DNA of 24,000 nt from an uncultured Streptobacillus sp. (GCA_963539215.1 CAUTJT010000002.1:175087-199086), one strand, 5' to 3'. Shown: positions 1-8,534, counted from the first letter of the stretch. Numbers and translations are program-made. The notes: generated from the letters alone by a model not told the origin.

Positions 1-73
1 ATTTTTTTTATTTTTTTATTTTGACACTTTGTTCAAAGTATAAACAATCTTAAAAATTATATATATTTAACAT

Positions 74-1840
74 TTATTTTCTTTCTAAAATAACACAATT
101 ATAATTTGAAACTTCAAATAAATTATCTATTAATATATTCACATTATTTTTTTTGAAAGAACTAAATACAATTTCATATTCTCCACTTTCTAGTTCAAAA
201 CTTATAGCTTCATTCGAACTATTAACAAGTACAAATATTTTATCATCTAAAGAGTACATTAAACTTATATCATTAAATTGTAATAATTTAAATTTCTTCT
301 CTATTTCTTCAAAATTATTTAATTTAAATAAAGGATTTTTCTTTCTGTATTCTATTAATTCAGAAATATATTGAACATTTTCTTTGAAATTTTCAGCTCT
401 ATCAAAATCAAATTTATTTATTTCATCCGATAAATTATATGAATTTTCATGTCCAAATTTTGTTCTAAAGAACTCTTGACCTGCATGTAAGAAAGGTATT
501 CCTTGTGAAGTCATCACTAAAGTTGTAGCAATATTTTGCATTTTTATTCTATCAACTAAACTATCTTCAGAATTAGTTATACTAAAATGATCAAATACAG
601 TATTATTATCATGAGCTTCAACATACTGTATTAATTGATCAGGAGAAATATATCCCCTTAAATTAATACCACCTTTAATAGAGTTTATTAATCTATCATC
701 TGATTTACCACCATTTGCAAAACCTTTACCTAATTTTTCGAAAGTAGATCCTCTTAAGGTATCACGTATATCATCACTAAAGAATGAAATTCTTGGCATT
801 TTATAAGCATTTAGCTGATTTGCTCTTTGTTCTTTATCAAGACTTGTATTTAAGTCCCACCCTTCACCAAGGACTATTATTCCTTTATCAATTTCATCTA
901 ATTTTTCTCTTATCTCATTCATAGTATCAACATCAAGTATACCCATTAAATCAAATCTAAATCCATCAAGTTTAAACTCATTTGCCCAATAAAGTATACT
1001 ATCTACTATATATTTTCTTACCATAGGATGATCACTTGCTAGATCATTACCACAAGCACTTCCATTAGAAAATTCTCCATTTTCATAAAATCTAAAAGCT
1101 TCCTTTTGCATAGTTTTCCAAAGGCTATGACTCATAGCATCATACACATGATTATACACTACATCCATTATTACTCTAATACCATTTTCATGTAATACTC
1201 TTACCATTTCTTTTAACTCTCTTATCCTTACATAAGGATCTTTGGCATCTGTAGCAAATGACCCATCAGGTATATTGTAATTAACAGGATCATATCCCCA
1301 ATTATATCTTAATTCCGGATTATTTTCATCAACTGATTCATCGGAAAAATCATAAAAAGGCATAATTTGAACATGTGTAATACCTAATTTTTTTAAATAA
1401 TTTAATTGTTTATCTTCTATTACTCCTAAAAACTTACCTTTATTTACTGCATTTTGAGTAAAATCTCTAACTGATATTTCATAAATTATTGCATCCAATG
1501 GATTTTCAAAACTTTCCATTCTTTCAAAATTATCAATTTGAGTTTTATCTCTATCTATTATTATTCCACTACCACTATTTACTTCACAAGCTATAGCATA
1601 TGGATCAATTGTAATATATCTTTCATTTTCCGTAAATACTTGATACAGATATCTTTTACCTTCAAAATCTCCAGGTAAAACTTGTTGAAACAATCCTATT
1701 TCTTCAATTTTTTCCATACCATAAATTTTTTGTTCTATTATCAAGTCTACATTTATTGCATTAGGAGCATATATCCTAAATTCTGTATATTCTTTATTGT
1801 ACTTTACTCCTAATTCACCTTTGTGTATCTTATATTTCAT
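74..1840 (-). CDS. pulA: Type I pullulanase (GH13 debranching enzyme)
   Basis: 588 aa ORF with the type I pullulanase motif YNWGYDP, GH13 motifs (DVVYNHV, GFRFDLMG, GEGWD, VEAHDNNT) and a short N-terminal beta domain. Overlaps the upstream malQ ORF by 11 nt. Confidence 0.93.
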   Translation of the reverse strand: MKYKIHKGELGVKYNKEYTEFRIYAPNAINVDLIIEQKIYGMEKIEEIGLFQQVLPGDFEGKRYLYQVFTENERYITIDPYAIACEVNSGSGIIIDRDKTQIDNFERMESFENPLDAIIYEISVRDFTQNAVNKGKFLGVIEDKQLNYLKKLGITHVQIMPFYDFSDESVDENNPELRYNWGYDPVNYNIPDGSFATDAKDPYVRIRELKEMVRVLHENGIRVIMDVVYNHVYDAMSHSLWKTMQKEAFRFYENGEFSNGSACGNDLASDHPMVRKYIVDSILYWANEFKLDGFRFDLMGILDVDTMNEIREKLDEIDKGIIVLGEGWDLNTSLDKEQRANQLNAYKMPRISFFSDDIRDTLRGSTFEKLGKGFANGGKSDDRLINSIKGGINLRGYISPDQLIQYVEAHDNNTVFDHFSITNSEDSLVDRIKMQNIATTLVMTSQGIPFLHAGQEFFRTKFGHENSYNLSDEINKFDFDRAENFKENVQYISELIEYRKKNPLFKLNNFEEIEKKFKLLQFNDISLMYSLDDKIFVLVNSSNEAISFELESGEYEIVFSSFKKNNVNILIDNLFEVSNYNCVILERK

Positions 1841-3350
1841 CTTTTGTTCCCACCTTATTTAATCTTGAATAAGTCTTAGTTAAATCATAAATTTTTGAAC
1901 TCAAATCTTTAGTTAAACTTTCTTCTTTTATACGCCAAGACCAGTTTCCAAGTGTTGAAGGTCTATTCATACGTCCTTCATCTCCAAGTTCTAAAAAGTC
2001 TTGAATTTGTGCTATAGCCATATTTGCAACTGAACTCCATGCAGCTCTAATAAATCCTAAAACATAATCTTTTTCATCTGTTAAATATAAATATTTTTTA
2101 GCAAATTCTACTTCTTCTTTATTTGCTTTCTCAAACCAAGATTTAACAGTATCACTATCATGAGTTCCTGTATAAACAGCCCAATTTCTTTCAATTTGAT
2201 GAGGTATAAAATCGCTTTCATTATTAGGATCAAATGCAAATTGAAGCATTTTCATACCTGGAAATCCAGTTTTTTCTCTAAATTTAACAACTTCCACTGT
2301 AGTATACCCTAAATCTTCAGCAACTATTTTAATTTTTCCTAATTTTTCTTCTACTTTTTCAAAAAGTGCTTCACCTTCTGCTTTAACCCATTCTCCATTT
2401 CTTGCATCAGCATCATCTTTAGGTACAGCCCAATATGATTCAAATCCTCTAAAATGATCTATTCTTAAAACATCTACATATTTTAAAGTTTTTTCTATTC
2501 TATTTATCCACCATTTAAAATCTTCTTCTTTATGTTTTTTCCAATCATATATTGGATTACCCCATTTTTGTCCTCCTGCACTAAATCCATCTGGTGGACA
2601 ACCTCCAACCTTATCTTTTATGAAAAGTTCAGGATTTTTCCAAACCTCCATACTATCTGGAGCAACATATATAGGCATATCACCTATTACCTCTATACCT
2701 AAACTATTAACATAATTTTTCCAAGATAAATATTGTTCAAAAAATTTAAATTGTAAAAATTTATGATAATTTATTCTATCTTCTAATTCTTTAGTATATT
2801 TGTCTATAGCATCTTTTTCTCTATTCTTTATATCTCTAGGAAAAGATTCAAATGAAACATTACCAAAATGTTCTTTAAGAGCCATAAAAAGTGAATAATC
2901 TTCTATCCAATCAGAATTCTCATTTAAAAATTTTAAATATTTTTCATTAACTTTACTACTCTTTTTAAAATTTTCATATGCAATACCTAAAACTATATTT
3001 CTAGTCGTATAAATTTTACCAAAATCAACTCTTTCTCTATCAGTACCATAATCTAAGTCTTTAAAATCAGACTCTTTTAAATACCCTTCTTTTTCTAAAA
3101 TTTTAAAATCTATAAAATATGGATTACCTGCAAAAGATGAAAATGATTGATATGGTGAGTCACCATAACCTGTAGGCCCTATAGGTAATATTTGCCAATA
3201 ACATTGACCAGATTCTTTTAAAAAGTCTGCAAACTTATATGCCTCTTCTCCTAAATTACCTATACCATATTCACTCCATAGAGAAGATATATGCATTATT
3301 ATTCCACTTTTTCTTTCTTTGTTTATATCTTTATAATTATATTTATCCAT
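1830..3350 (-). CDS. malQ: 4-alpha-glucanotransferase (amylomaltase, GH77)
   Basis: 506 aa ORF with GH77 motifs: SGIIMHISSL, QILPIGPTGYGDSPYQSFSSFAGNPYFID, GDMPIYVAPDS, RIDHFRGFESYWAVP, AEDLGYTT, YTGTHDSDT. Confidence 0.96.
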   Translation of the reverse strand: MDKYNYKDINKERKSGIIMHISSLWSEYGIGNLGEEAYKFADFLKESGQCYWQILPIGPTGYGDSPYQSFSSFAGNPYFIDFKILEKEGYLKESDFKDLDYGTDRERVDFGKIYTTRNIVLGIAYENFKKSSKVNEKYLKFLNENSDWIEDYSLFMALKEHFGNVSFESFPRDIKNREKDAIDKYTKELEDRINYHKFLQFKFFEQYLSWKNYVNSLGIEVIGDMPIYVAPDSMEVWKNPELFIKDKVGGCPPDGFSAGGQKWGNPIYDWKKHKEEDFKWWINRIEKTLKYVDVLRIDHFRGFESYWAVPKDDADARNGEWVKAEGEALFEKVEEKLGKIKIVAEDLGYTTVEVVKFREKTGFPGMKMLQFAFDPNNESDFIPHQIERNWAVYTGTHDSDTVKSWFEKANKEEVEFAKKYLYLTDEKDYVLGFIRAAWSSVANMAIAQIQDFLELGDEGRMNRPSTLGNWSWRIKEESLTKDLSSKIYDLTKTYSRLNKVGTKDEI

Positions 3351-3357
3351 GTTACTC

Positions 3358-4353
3358 CTATCTATATATTATTTCACTTTCTACTACTATGTGATTATAG
3401 TTTAATTCATTTTCCTCTATCTTACTTGTAAGTAAATACACTGCCCCTTTAGCCAATCTATCATATTTAATATCAACAGTTGTAAACGTATAATTTAAAT
3501 AACTTCTTAATTTAGAATTATTAAATCCTGTCACATCCACATTTACTCCTAATTTTTCTACTGCTCTTATAGCACCTATAGCTAAAATATCATCGGTTGT
3601 TATTATAGCATCTATCTTATCTATATTTTTATGTTTTACAACACTATCATATGCTAAATCCGAACTAAACTCAGGAAGAGATAATATATTACTTTCATTT
3701 ATATCAATCTCATTATTTTTCAAAGCATCCATATACCCCTTTTTTCTATAAATAGAAACTGTCATATCACTAGGTCCTGAAATAAATAATATATTTCTTT
3801 TTCCTTTTTTTATTAAATTATTTGTAATATTAAAACAAGATTTAATATTATCATTATCTATCCAAAGTCCCCTAGTTTTATCATTAGGAGTCCCTATTAT
3901 CGTATATGGAAATGATATTTTTTCAAAATATGATATATGTTCATCATCTTCAGTAAAATTAAGAAACATCAAACCATCTATTCTATTACTTTTAATAAGT
4001 CTATATACATTTTCATATGCATCTTCATTATTTTCAAATTGCAAATACAATGTATAATATCCTAAATCTAAAGCATATTTACTAATAAAAGGTATTATTT
4101 CATTATAGTAATCATTTTGAAGTGGATTTTCTTTTTTAGCTGAACTTACAACTACTAGACCTAATATATTACTTTTACTTTTAGTTAAAGAAACAGCTGC
4201 AGAATTTGGGAAATAATCTAACTTTTTAACAACTTCCATAACTTTTTCTTTAGTCTTATCACTTATTAAATTACTATTAGACATAACTCTAGATACTGTT
4301 GCTTCGCTTACATTTGCAATTTTAGCAACATCTTTTATAGTATATTTTTTCAT
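3358..4353 (-). CDS. LacI-family transcriptional regulator, probable alpha-glucan regulator
   Basis: N-terminal HTH MKKYTIKDVAKIANVSEATVSRVMSNSNLISDKTKEKV plus periplasmic-binding-like domain. The ORF track starts at 4374, but an AAAGGAG ribosome binding site just before ATG at 4353 favours the shorter start. Confidence 0.92.
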   Translation of the reverse strand: MKKYTIKDVAKIANVSEATVSRVMSNSNLISDKTKEKVMEVVKKLDYFPNSAAVSLTKSKSNILGLVVVSSAKKENPLQNDYYNEIIPFISKYALDLGYYTLYLQFENNEDAYENVYRLIKSNRIDGLMFLNFTEDDEHISYFEKISFPYTIIGTPNDKTRGLWIDNDNIKSCFNITNNLIKKGKRNILFISGPSDMTVSIYRKKGYMDALKNNEIDINESNILSLPEFSSDLAYDSVVKHKNIDKIDAIITTDDILAIGAIRAVEKLGVNVDVTGFNNSKLRSYLNYTFTTVDIKYDRLAKGAVYLLTSKIEENELNYNHIVVESEIIYR

Positions 4354-4369
4354 ATATGCTCCTTTCTTA

Positions 4370-4383
4370 TGCAAGCACTTACA
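4370..4383 (-). promoter_or_regulatory. Candidate LacI-type operator (TGTAAGTGCTTGCA) for autoregulation
   Basis: Quasi-palindrome TGTAAGTGCTTGCA / reverse complement TGCAAGCACTTACA, located just downstream of a predicted -10 and before the regulator ribosome binding site. Confidence 0.5.
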
Positions 4384-4387
4384 TTAC

Positions 4388-4416
4388 AGTATACAATCAA
4401 ATCTTAAATTTTTCAA
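4388..4416 (-). promoter_or_regulatory. Predicted sigma-70 promoter of the LacI-malQ-pulA cluster
   Basis: On the minus strand: TTGAAA - 17 nt - TATACT (-35 at 4411-4416, -10 at 4388-4393). Confidence 0.6.
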
Positions 4417-4675
4417 CACTAATTTTTTAAATTTATTTTAGAAAATTTCATACTATTGTTAACAAAAAAATGTTACTCTTTCAAAATTTACTAAAGTAAC
4501 AACTTATTTTTTATTCAAACAATCTTCAAAATATATATTTCTAACACTAATATTTATATTATATTTCTTAACTCTTATTATATTTTATTTAATTTCAACT
4601 ATTATTAAATAAAAATTATAAAACTAGATTAAATTTGACAACAAATATAATTAAATGTAAATTGTGAGTATATAA

Positions 4676-4729
4676 AAACATATACCTCCAAACTTTTAAG
4701 TATAATTATCAGTTCTTCAGTATATGTTT
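4676..4729 (-). terminator. Possible terminator-like inverted repeat downstream of the OMP gene
   Basis: 10-bp perfect arms AAACATATAC / GTATATGTTT (4676-4685 and 4720-4729) with a 34-nt spacer. The minus-strand reading continues into TTTTTATA. Confidence 0.35.
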
Positions 4730-4750
4730 CAAATTAAATTTTAGAATTTA

Positions 4751-7009
4751 TTACCAAACGTATTCAACGTTTAATTTACCTTTTCCTTCAACATTTCTTA
4801 AACCTTTATTGCTTCCTTCTAATGCAATTCCAAATTTAGCACTAACTTCAGGTTTGAATGTTACTTTACCATATTTAATTGTAGCATTAACACTTGGTGT
4901 AACATCTAAAATATGTTTAGTTCCATATGTAGTAAATCTTGCTTTTTCTTTATCTATATCTCTTTGATTTTTAGCAATATAGTCAACTACTGTTTTTTCT
5001 TTTGAAGTTTCAAAGTTATCTTTAACTAATCTATTCATTCCTTCTTTATTTCTTTCAAATTCAGTTTTTGATAAGTTATATAGATAATCTGTATCAAGTC
5101 CTGCTCCTATAGAGTAATTAGAATTTATAGCATATTCTACATTAGTTTTTAATTCAACTTCACCTTTATGTTCTTTAGTTAAATCTCCTTCAAATGGTTT
5201 AACAAAGCTTCCATAATATCTTCCTAATAATTCAGCACTTGTTGACCATGCTTCTTTTGTATATCCTAATTTAAATGCAAGTTCAGAACCTACATATGAA
5301 TTTTGCTTAGCCTTATTTTCAAAAGCAAATTTATCATCTTTACGTAATACCAATTTATCATATAGTCCAAATTCACCAAAGTTATCAAATCTAGTAGTTA
5401 AATCAAATTCTCCTAATTTTTGTTGGTAACTATTATTAAATACTACATCAACAAATTGGTTAACTTTAGGAAGTAAAGAATTTCCTGGATCTACATCTAA
5501 TCTATAACGTACATCTAATGCATTATTTAAATTAGATGAAGCATAATTAACTCCAAGTCCTGTAACTAATTGATTTTTAACTTTAGACATTCCATATTCA
5601 TTATTTTTAGCTTTAATTTCACCAAATTTAATAGCAAACTTGTCATCTAAAACTCCATTTACTTTAAATCCATTATTAAATCTATATTCTAATTTATTAT
5701 TTGTTTCAAATTCGTTGTATAAGTCTTTAACTACTACTTCTACTTCTGGTTTAAAGTAGCTTGGTTTTCTACTTGTTTTACCTTGTGCTTTTAATAAGTA
5801 TGTAGTATTTTTATTCTTAGTAAATGCAGTCCAATTAGAATTTTCATATTTAACATCAAATACTACAGATGGTACATGTAATAATAATCCTATATTTTCT
5901 TTATATATGATTTTTGATTTACTATCAGTAATACTCTTACCTTCTTTAAGAGGTATATTACTTACTTCCGCGTTATAATTTAATCCAAGTTTTACTTCAA
6001 GATCTTTAACACCAGTATATTTAAATTCATTTTCTACTCCTACTTTGTATGCTCTTTCACTTACAGCATTAGAATTTGAAGGTGTTTTTTCAAGTACTGT
6101 ATATAGATCAAATAATGGTTTAGTAGATACGCTAAATCCGTTGCTTTCTACACCTAATTTAACATTCCCTTTTAATCTTCCACCATATTTGAAGTTATTT
6201 TCTATACTACTATCATCAAATAATTTAGTTTCAACATCAGTAACTTTAACTAAATCTTTAACATCTCCTATTGTATGATCTAATTCACCTGATACATTAA
6301 ATATTCCTAATTGTGTTCCTGCTTTAACAAAATTTTCAACTCTGTTGTATAAAACAGGTCTACTTATTAAAGGTGTTCCATCTTGTTTTAAAGTTTCTCT
6401 ATTTTTTAAGTTATATATACTTCCTAATGAATAATTGAAGTTATCTGCTTTTCCATTTACTATAGCTGATAATAATAATTTATCATTTGAATTTATTGTA
6501 TATTTATCAGTTCCTACATTTTCTTCTTTTTCAGTTTCAAATACATATCCATTTTCTTTATAAAAATCTAATTTATCTTGCTCTTTATAATCTTGTTCTA
6601 ATTCTTTTCTTTTTGCATAGCTCCATACATTTTTTGCACTTAAGCTGTTTTTAAATGCTTCTTCAACTGCTAAATAATCTTTATTTTGATCAGCATATAT
6701 TGTATTTAAAATTAAGTTTGAGTTATTTCCTATTTTAGTGTCTACTCTAGCTCCTATATATGCTTGATTTTTATCTTTGTATTTTAATCCTGTAAATAAA
6801 GTTACATCTTTATTTTCATCTAAATAGAATCCTAAATCTAATTGTCCTTTTAAAGGTACTTTAGCTTTACCTAATTGTACATTTCCAGTACTATCTTTAG
6901 TAACTTCATTTTCAGTTTTTACTTCTCCATTAAATTTTAAATACCCTGTTACATTTGAGAATGAAACAACAGTATTTAGTGCCAATAATCCTAAAATATA
7001 TTTTTTCAT
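4751..7009 (-). CDS. Large outer-membrane beta-barrel-like protein (fusobacterial-type OMP)
   Basis: 752 aa with signal peptide MKKYILGLLALNTVVSFS, repeated alternating beta-strand segments and a C-terminal aromatic residue (..GKLNVEYVW). GGGAGG ribosome binding site upstream. Confidence 0.7.
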   Translation of the reverse strand: MKKYILGLLALNTVVSFSNVTGYLKFNGEVKTENEVTKDSTGNVQLGKAKVPLKGQLDLGFYLDENKDVTLFTGLKYKDKNQAYIGARVDTKIGNNSNLILNTIYADQNKDYLAVEEAFKNSLSAKNVWSYAKRKELEQDYKEQDKLDFYKENGYVFETEKEENVGTDKYTINSNDKLLLSAIVNGKADNFNYSLGSIYNLKNRETLKQDGTPLISRPVLYNRVENFVKAGTQLGIFNVSGELDHTIGDVKDLVKVTDVETKLFDDSSIENNFKYGGRLKGNVKLGVESNGFSVSTKPLFDLYTVLEKTPSNSNAVSERAYKVGVENEFKYTGVKDLEVKLGLNYNAEVSNIPLKEGKSITDSKSKIIYKENIGLLLHVPSVVFDVKYENSNWTAFTKNKNTTYLLKAQGKTSRKPSYFKPEVEVVVKDLYNEFETNNKLEYRFNNGFKVNGVLDDKFAIKFGEIKAKNNEYGMSKVKNQLVTGLGVNYASSNLNNALDVRYRLDVDPGNSLLPKVNQFVDVVFNNSYQQKLGEFDLTTRFDNFGEFGLYDKLVLRKDDKFAFENKAKQNSYVGSELAFKLGYTKEAWSTSAELLGRYYGSFVKPFEGDLTKEHKGEVELKTNVEYAINSNYSIGAGLDTDYLYNLSKTEFERNKEGMNRLVKDNFETSKEKTVVDYIAKNQRDIDKEKARFTTYGTKHILDVTPSVNATIKYGKVTFKPEVSAKFGIALEGSNKGLRNVEGKGKLNVEYVW

Positions 7010-7038
7010 ACTTTTCCTCCCTAACTATTTTCAAGTAT

Positions 7039-7067
7039 ATTTTATCAACGTTTTTTATTATTGTCAA
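7039..7067 (-). promoter_or_regulatory. Predicted strong sigma-70 promoter for the OMP gene
   Basis: On the minus strand: TTGACA - 17 nt - TAAAAT (-35 at 7062-7067, -10 at 7039-7044), about 30 bp upstream of the start codon. Confidence 0.7.
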
Positions 7068-7126
7068 CTTTTTTATTTATTTTAGCCAAATTAGCTATTT
7101 TGTATATACAAATATATATTTTTGTA

Positions 7127-7153
7127 AATAAAAAGACCTCATTTCTGAGGTCT
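7127..7153 (-). terminator. Rho-independent terminator of the chimeric ORF
   Basis: Perfect 8-bp stem AGACCTCA-TTTC-TGAGGTCT (7134-7153). On the minus strand it is followed by TTTTTATTTAC. It begins 11 nt after the ORF stop. Confidence 0.85.
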
Positions 7154-7164
7154 AATCATATATA

Positions 7165-8043
7165 TTACCACATATATTCTACGTTTAATTTACCTTTAAC
7201 TTCAATATTAGTTAATCTAAATAAATCAGATTTTAATCCAAATCCAAATTTAGCACTAACTTCAGGTTTAACTGTTACTTTACCATATTTTAATTCAGCA
7301 TTTACTTTAGGTATTACATCTAATATATGTAAGTTGCTATCTTCCAATCTTGTTAATTCTTTAAGAATATCTTTTGGTTTAGCGTAGATATAATCCTCTA
7401 CTGATTTTTCTACTGAAGTTTTGAAGTTATCTTTCATCAATCTGTTGATTCCTTCTTCAGTAGAATCATCATTTTCTATATATTTTGAATCTCTTTTTAC
7501 CCTATTTTGAACGTGTTGATAAACTATTTTTATATCTGATATCTTATAATTTCTATAATCCTGACATTTATAACAATAACAGAATAAATAAGATCTACCT
7601 TCTTGTTCGTATGCTTTTATAAAATAAGGATCAACTCTTCTTACTTTACCATGATATTTTATACTTATTTGTTTTTCAAAATTGATTGCATTTTCTATTG
7701 GAGAAAATATATCTTGAAAAATTATTTTCTCTCTTGTAGTCCTCAAATTATTTATATAATTAATAAATAAACTTCTGATAAAATCAGAGATCGTTTCAAA
7801 TTCTCTTCTTTTTAATTCATCCATAAATATATCATCATTATATTTATCTAAATTAAACTGTAATATTTTAGTCGTTTCTCTTTCAAAATTAATAGAAATT
7901 ATTTTTTTATCTAAATAATATTTGAAAATTCTATTCCCTATACCTCTAGCTTCTATATCAAAATAATCAGAATCTGAAATAATAATATTGTGAACAAATT
8001 CTAGCAAATTTGATCTTACTTTAATCATAACAATGCCTCTCAA
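7165..8043 (-). CDS. Chimeric protein: RHH-like + WYL-like regulator N-terminus fused to an outer-membrane protein C-terminus
   Basis: Residues ~59-100 resemble a ribbon-helix-helix (KILQFNLDKYNDDIFMDELKRREFETISDFIRSLFINYI). Residues ~125-175 resemble WYL (ISIKYHGKVRRVDPYFIKAYEQEGRSYLFCYCYKCQDYRNYKISDIKIV). The final 99 aa align with the end of the 4751-7009 product. The start may be the internal ATG at 8028 (MIKVRSN). Confidence 0.6.
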   Translation of the reverse strand: MRGIVMIKVRSNLLEFVHNIIISDSDYFDIEARGIGNRIFKYYLDKKIISINFERETTKILQFNLDKYNDDIFMDELKRREFETISDFIRSLFINYINNLRTTREKIIFQDIFSPIENAINFEKQISIKYHGKVRRVDPYFIKAYEQEGRSYLFCYCYKCQDYRNYKISDIKIVYQHVQNRVKRDSKYIENDDSTEEGINRLMKDNFKTSVEKSVEDYIYAKPKDILKELTRLEDSNLHILDVIPKVNAELKYGKVTVKPEVSAKFGFGLKSDLFRLTNIEVKGKLNVEYMW

Positions 8044-8133
8044 CGATTTAATTCTTGTATAAATTTCACCATTTTACCCTTTTATAAACAAGGAATGATT
8101 CATTTAAATAAATATTACCTTTTAAAATTTTAT

Positions 8134-8159
8134 ATCCTTATTAAAAAAGGATTTTTTTT
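8134..8159 (+). terminator. Orphan plus-strand terminator-like hairpin
   Basis: ATCCTT-ATTAAAA-AAGGAT followed by a run of T (8152-8159). No plus-strand gene is recognised upstream. Confidence 0.35.
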
Positions 8160-8312
8160 AATTTTAAAAAATTTTATAGTTCCCTATCATTTTAAATTTT
8201 AAAAATATTTTTAATCTTTTCCGTATAGTATACCCCACCATATATAAAATTAGTAACTGTTTACATTATAATATATTTATTTCAATCATAAACTATAATA
8301 TTTGTTAAAATA

Positions 8313-8354
8313 ATATATTAATTCGACCTAAAGAATATAGATAAATTAATATAT
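8313..8354. repeat. AT-rich inverted repeat
   Basis: ATATATTAATT (8313-8323) / AATTAATATAT (8344-8354), 11-bp perfect arms. Confidence 0.4.
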
Positions 8355-8370
8355 AATTAAGAATAATAAA

Positions 8371-8390
8371 ACAATAGTTAAATCTATTGT
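8371..8390. terminator. Small bidirectional terminator-like hairpin
   Basis: ACAATAG-TTAAAT-CTATTGT, followed by ATTTTT on plus and TTTTATTATT on minus. Confidence 0.4.
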
Positions 8391-8403
8391 ATTTTTAAAT
8401 TAC

Positions 8404-8483
8404 AAAAAAAGTATCTAATAAAGACTTTTATTAAAACTATATACAAATTATAGTTTTAAAGTTCTAAATTAAATACTTTTTTA
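8404..8483 (-). terminator. Long imperfect hairpin, probable operon terminator
   Basis: Arms of about 35-38 nt: AAAAAAAGTATCTAATAAAGACTTTTATTAAAACTATA versus reverse complement TAAAAAAGTATTTAATTTAGAACTTTAAAACTATA, 7-nt loop. The minus strand ends in ATACTTTTTTT. It lies about 50 nt beyond the last gene of the sugar operon. Confidence 0.55.
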
Positions 8484-8534
8484 TTTAAAATATATTTATC
8501 TAACTTTTTATAACTTTCACCTCTTAATTAACAG

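Noticed and set aside
22-49. TTGACA and short ACTTTG-TT-CAAAGT hairpin at the window edge
   Set aside because: No suitably spaced -10 on the plus strand, and on the minus strand the hairpin is followed by an A-rich rather than U-rich tract, so neither promoter nor terminator is supported.
6045-6278. Plus-strand 77 aa ORF inside the OMP gene
   Set aside because: Antisense shadow of an intact coding region, no independent evidence. The same applies to 153-374, 10965-11246, 11811-12041, 16393-16587, 20505-20702 and 21708-21938.
7061-7387. 108 aa plus-strand ORF across the OMP promoter and chimera 3' end
   Set aside because: Runs through the OMP promoter, a Rho-independent terminator and the OMP-homologous coding tail; low-complexity and no family resemblance.
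7165-8043. Interpreting the chimeric ORF as a dedicated novel outer-membrane-anchored sensor
   Set aside because: No signal peptide precedes the regulator-like portion, and the C-terminal piece (~99 aa) is too short to form the neighbouring protein's barrel; a recombination product is more economical, though not proven.
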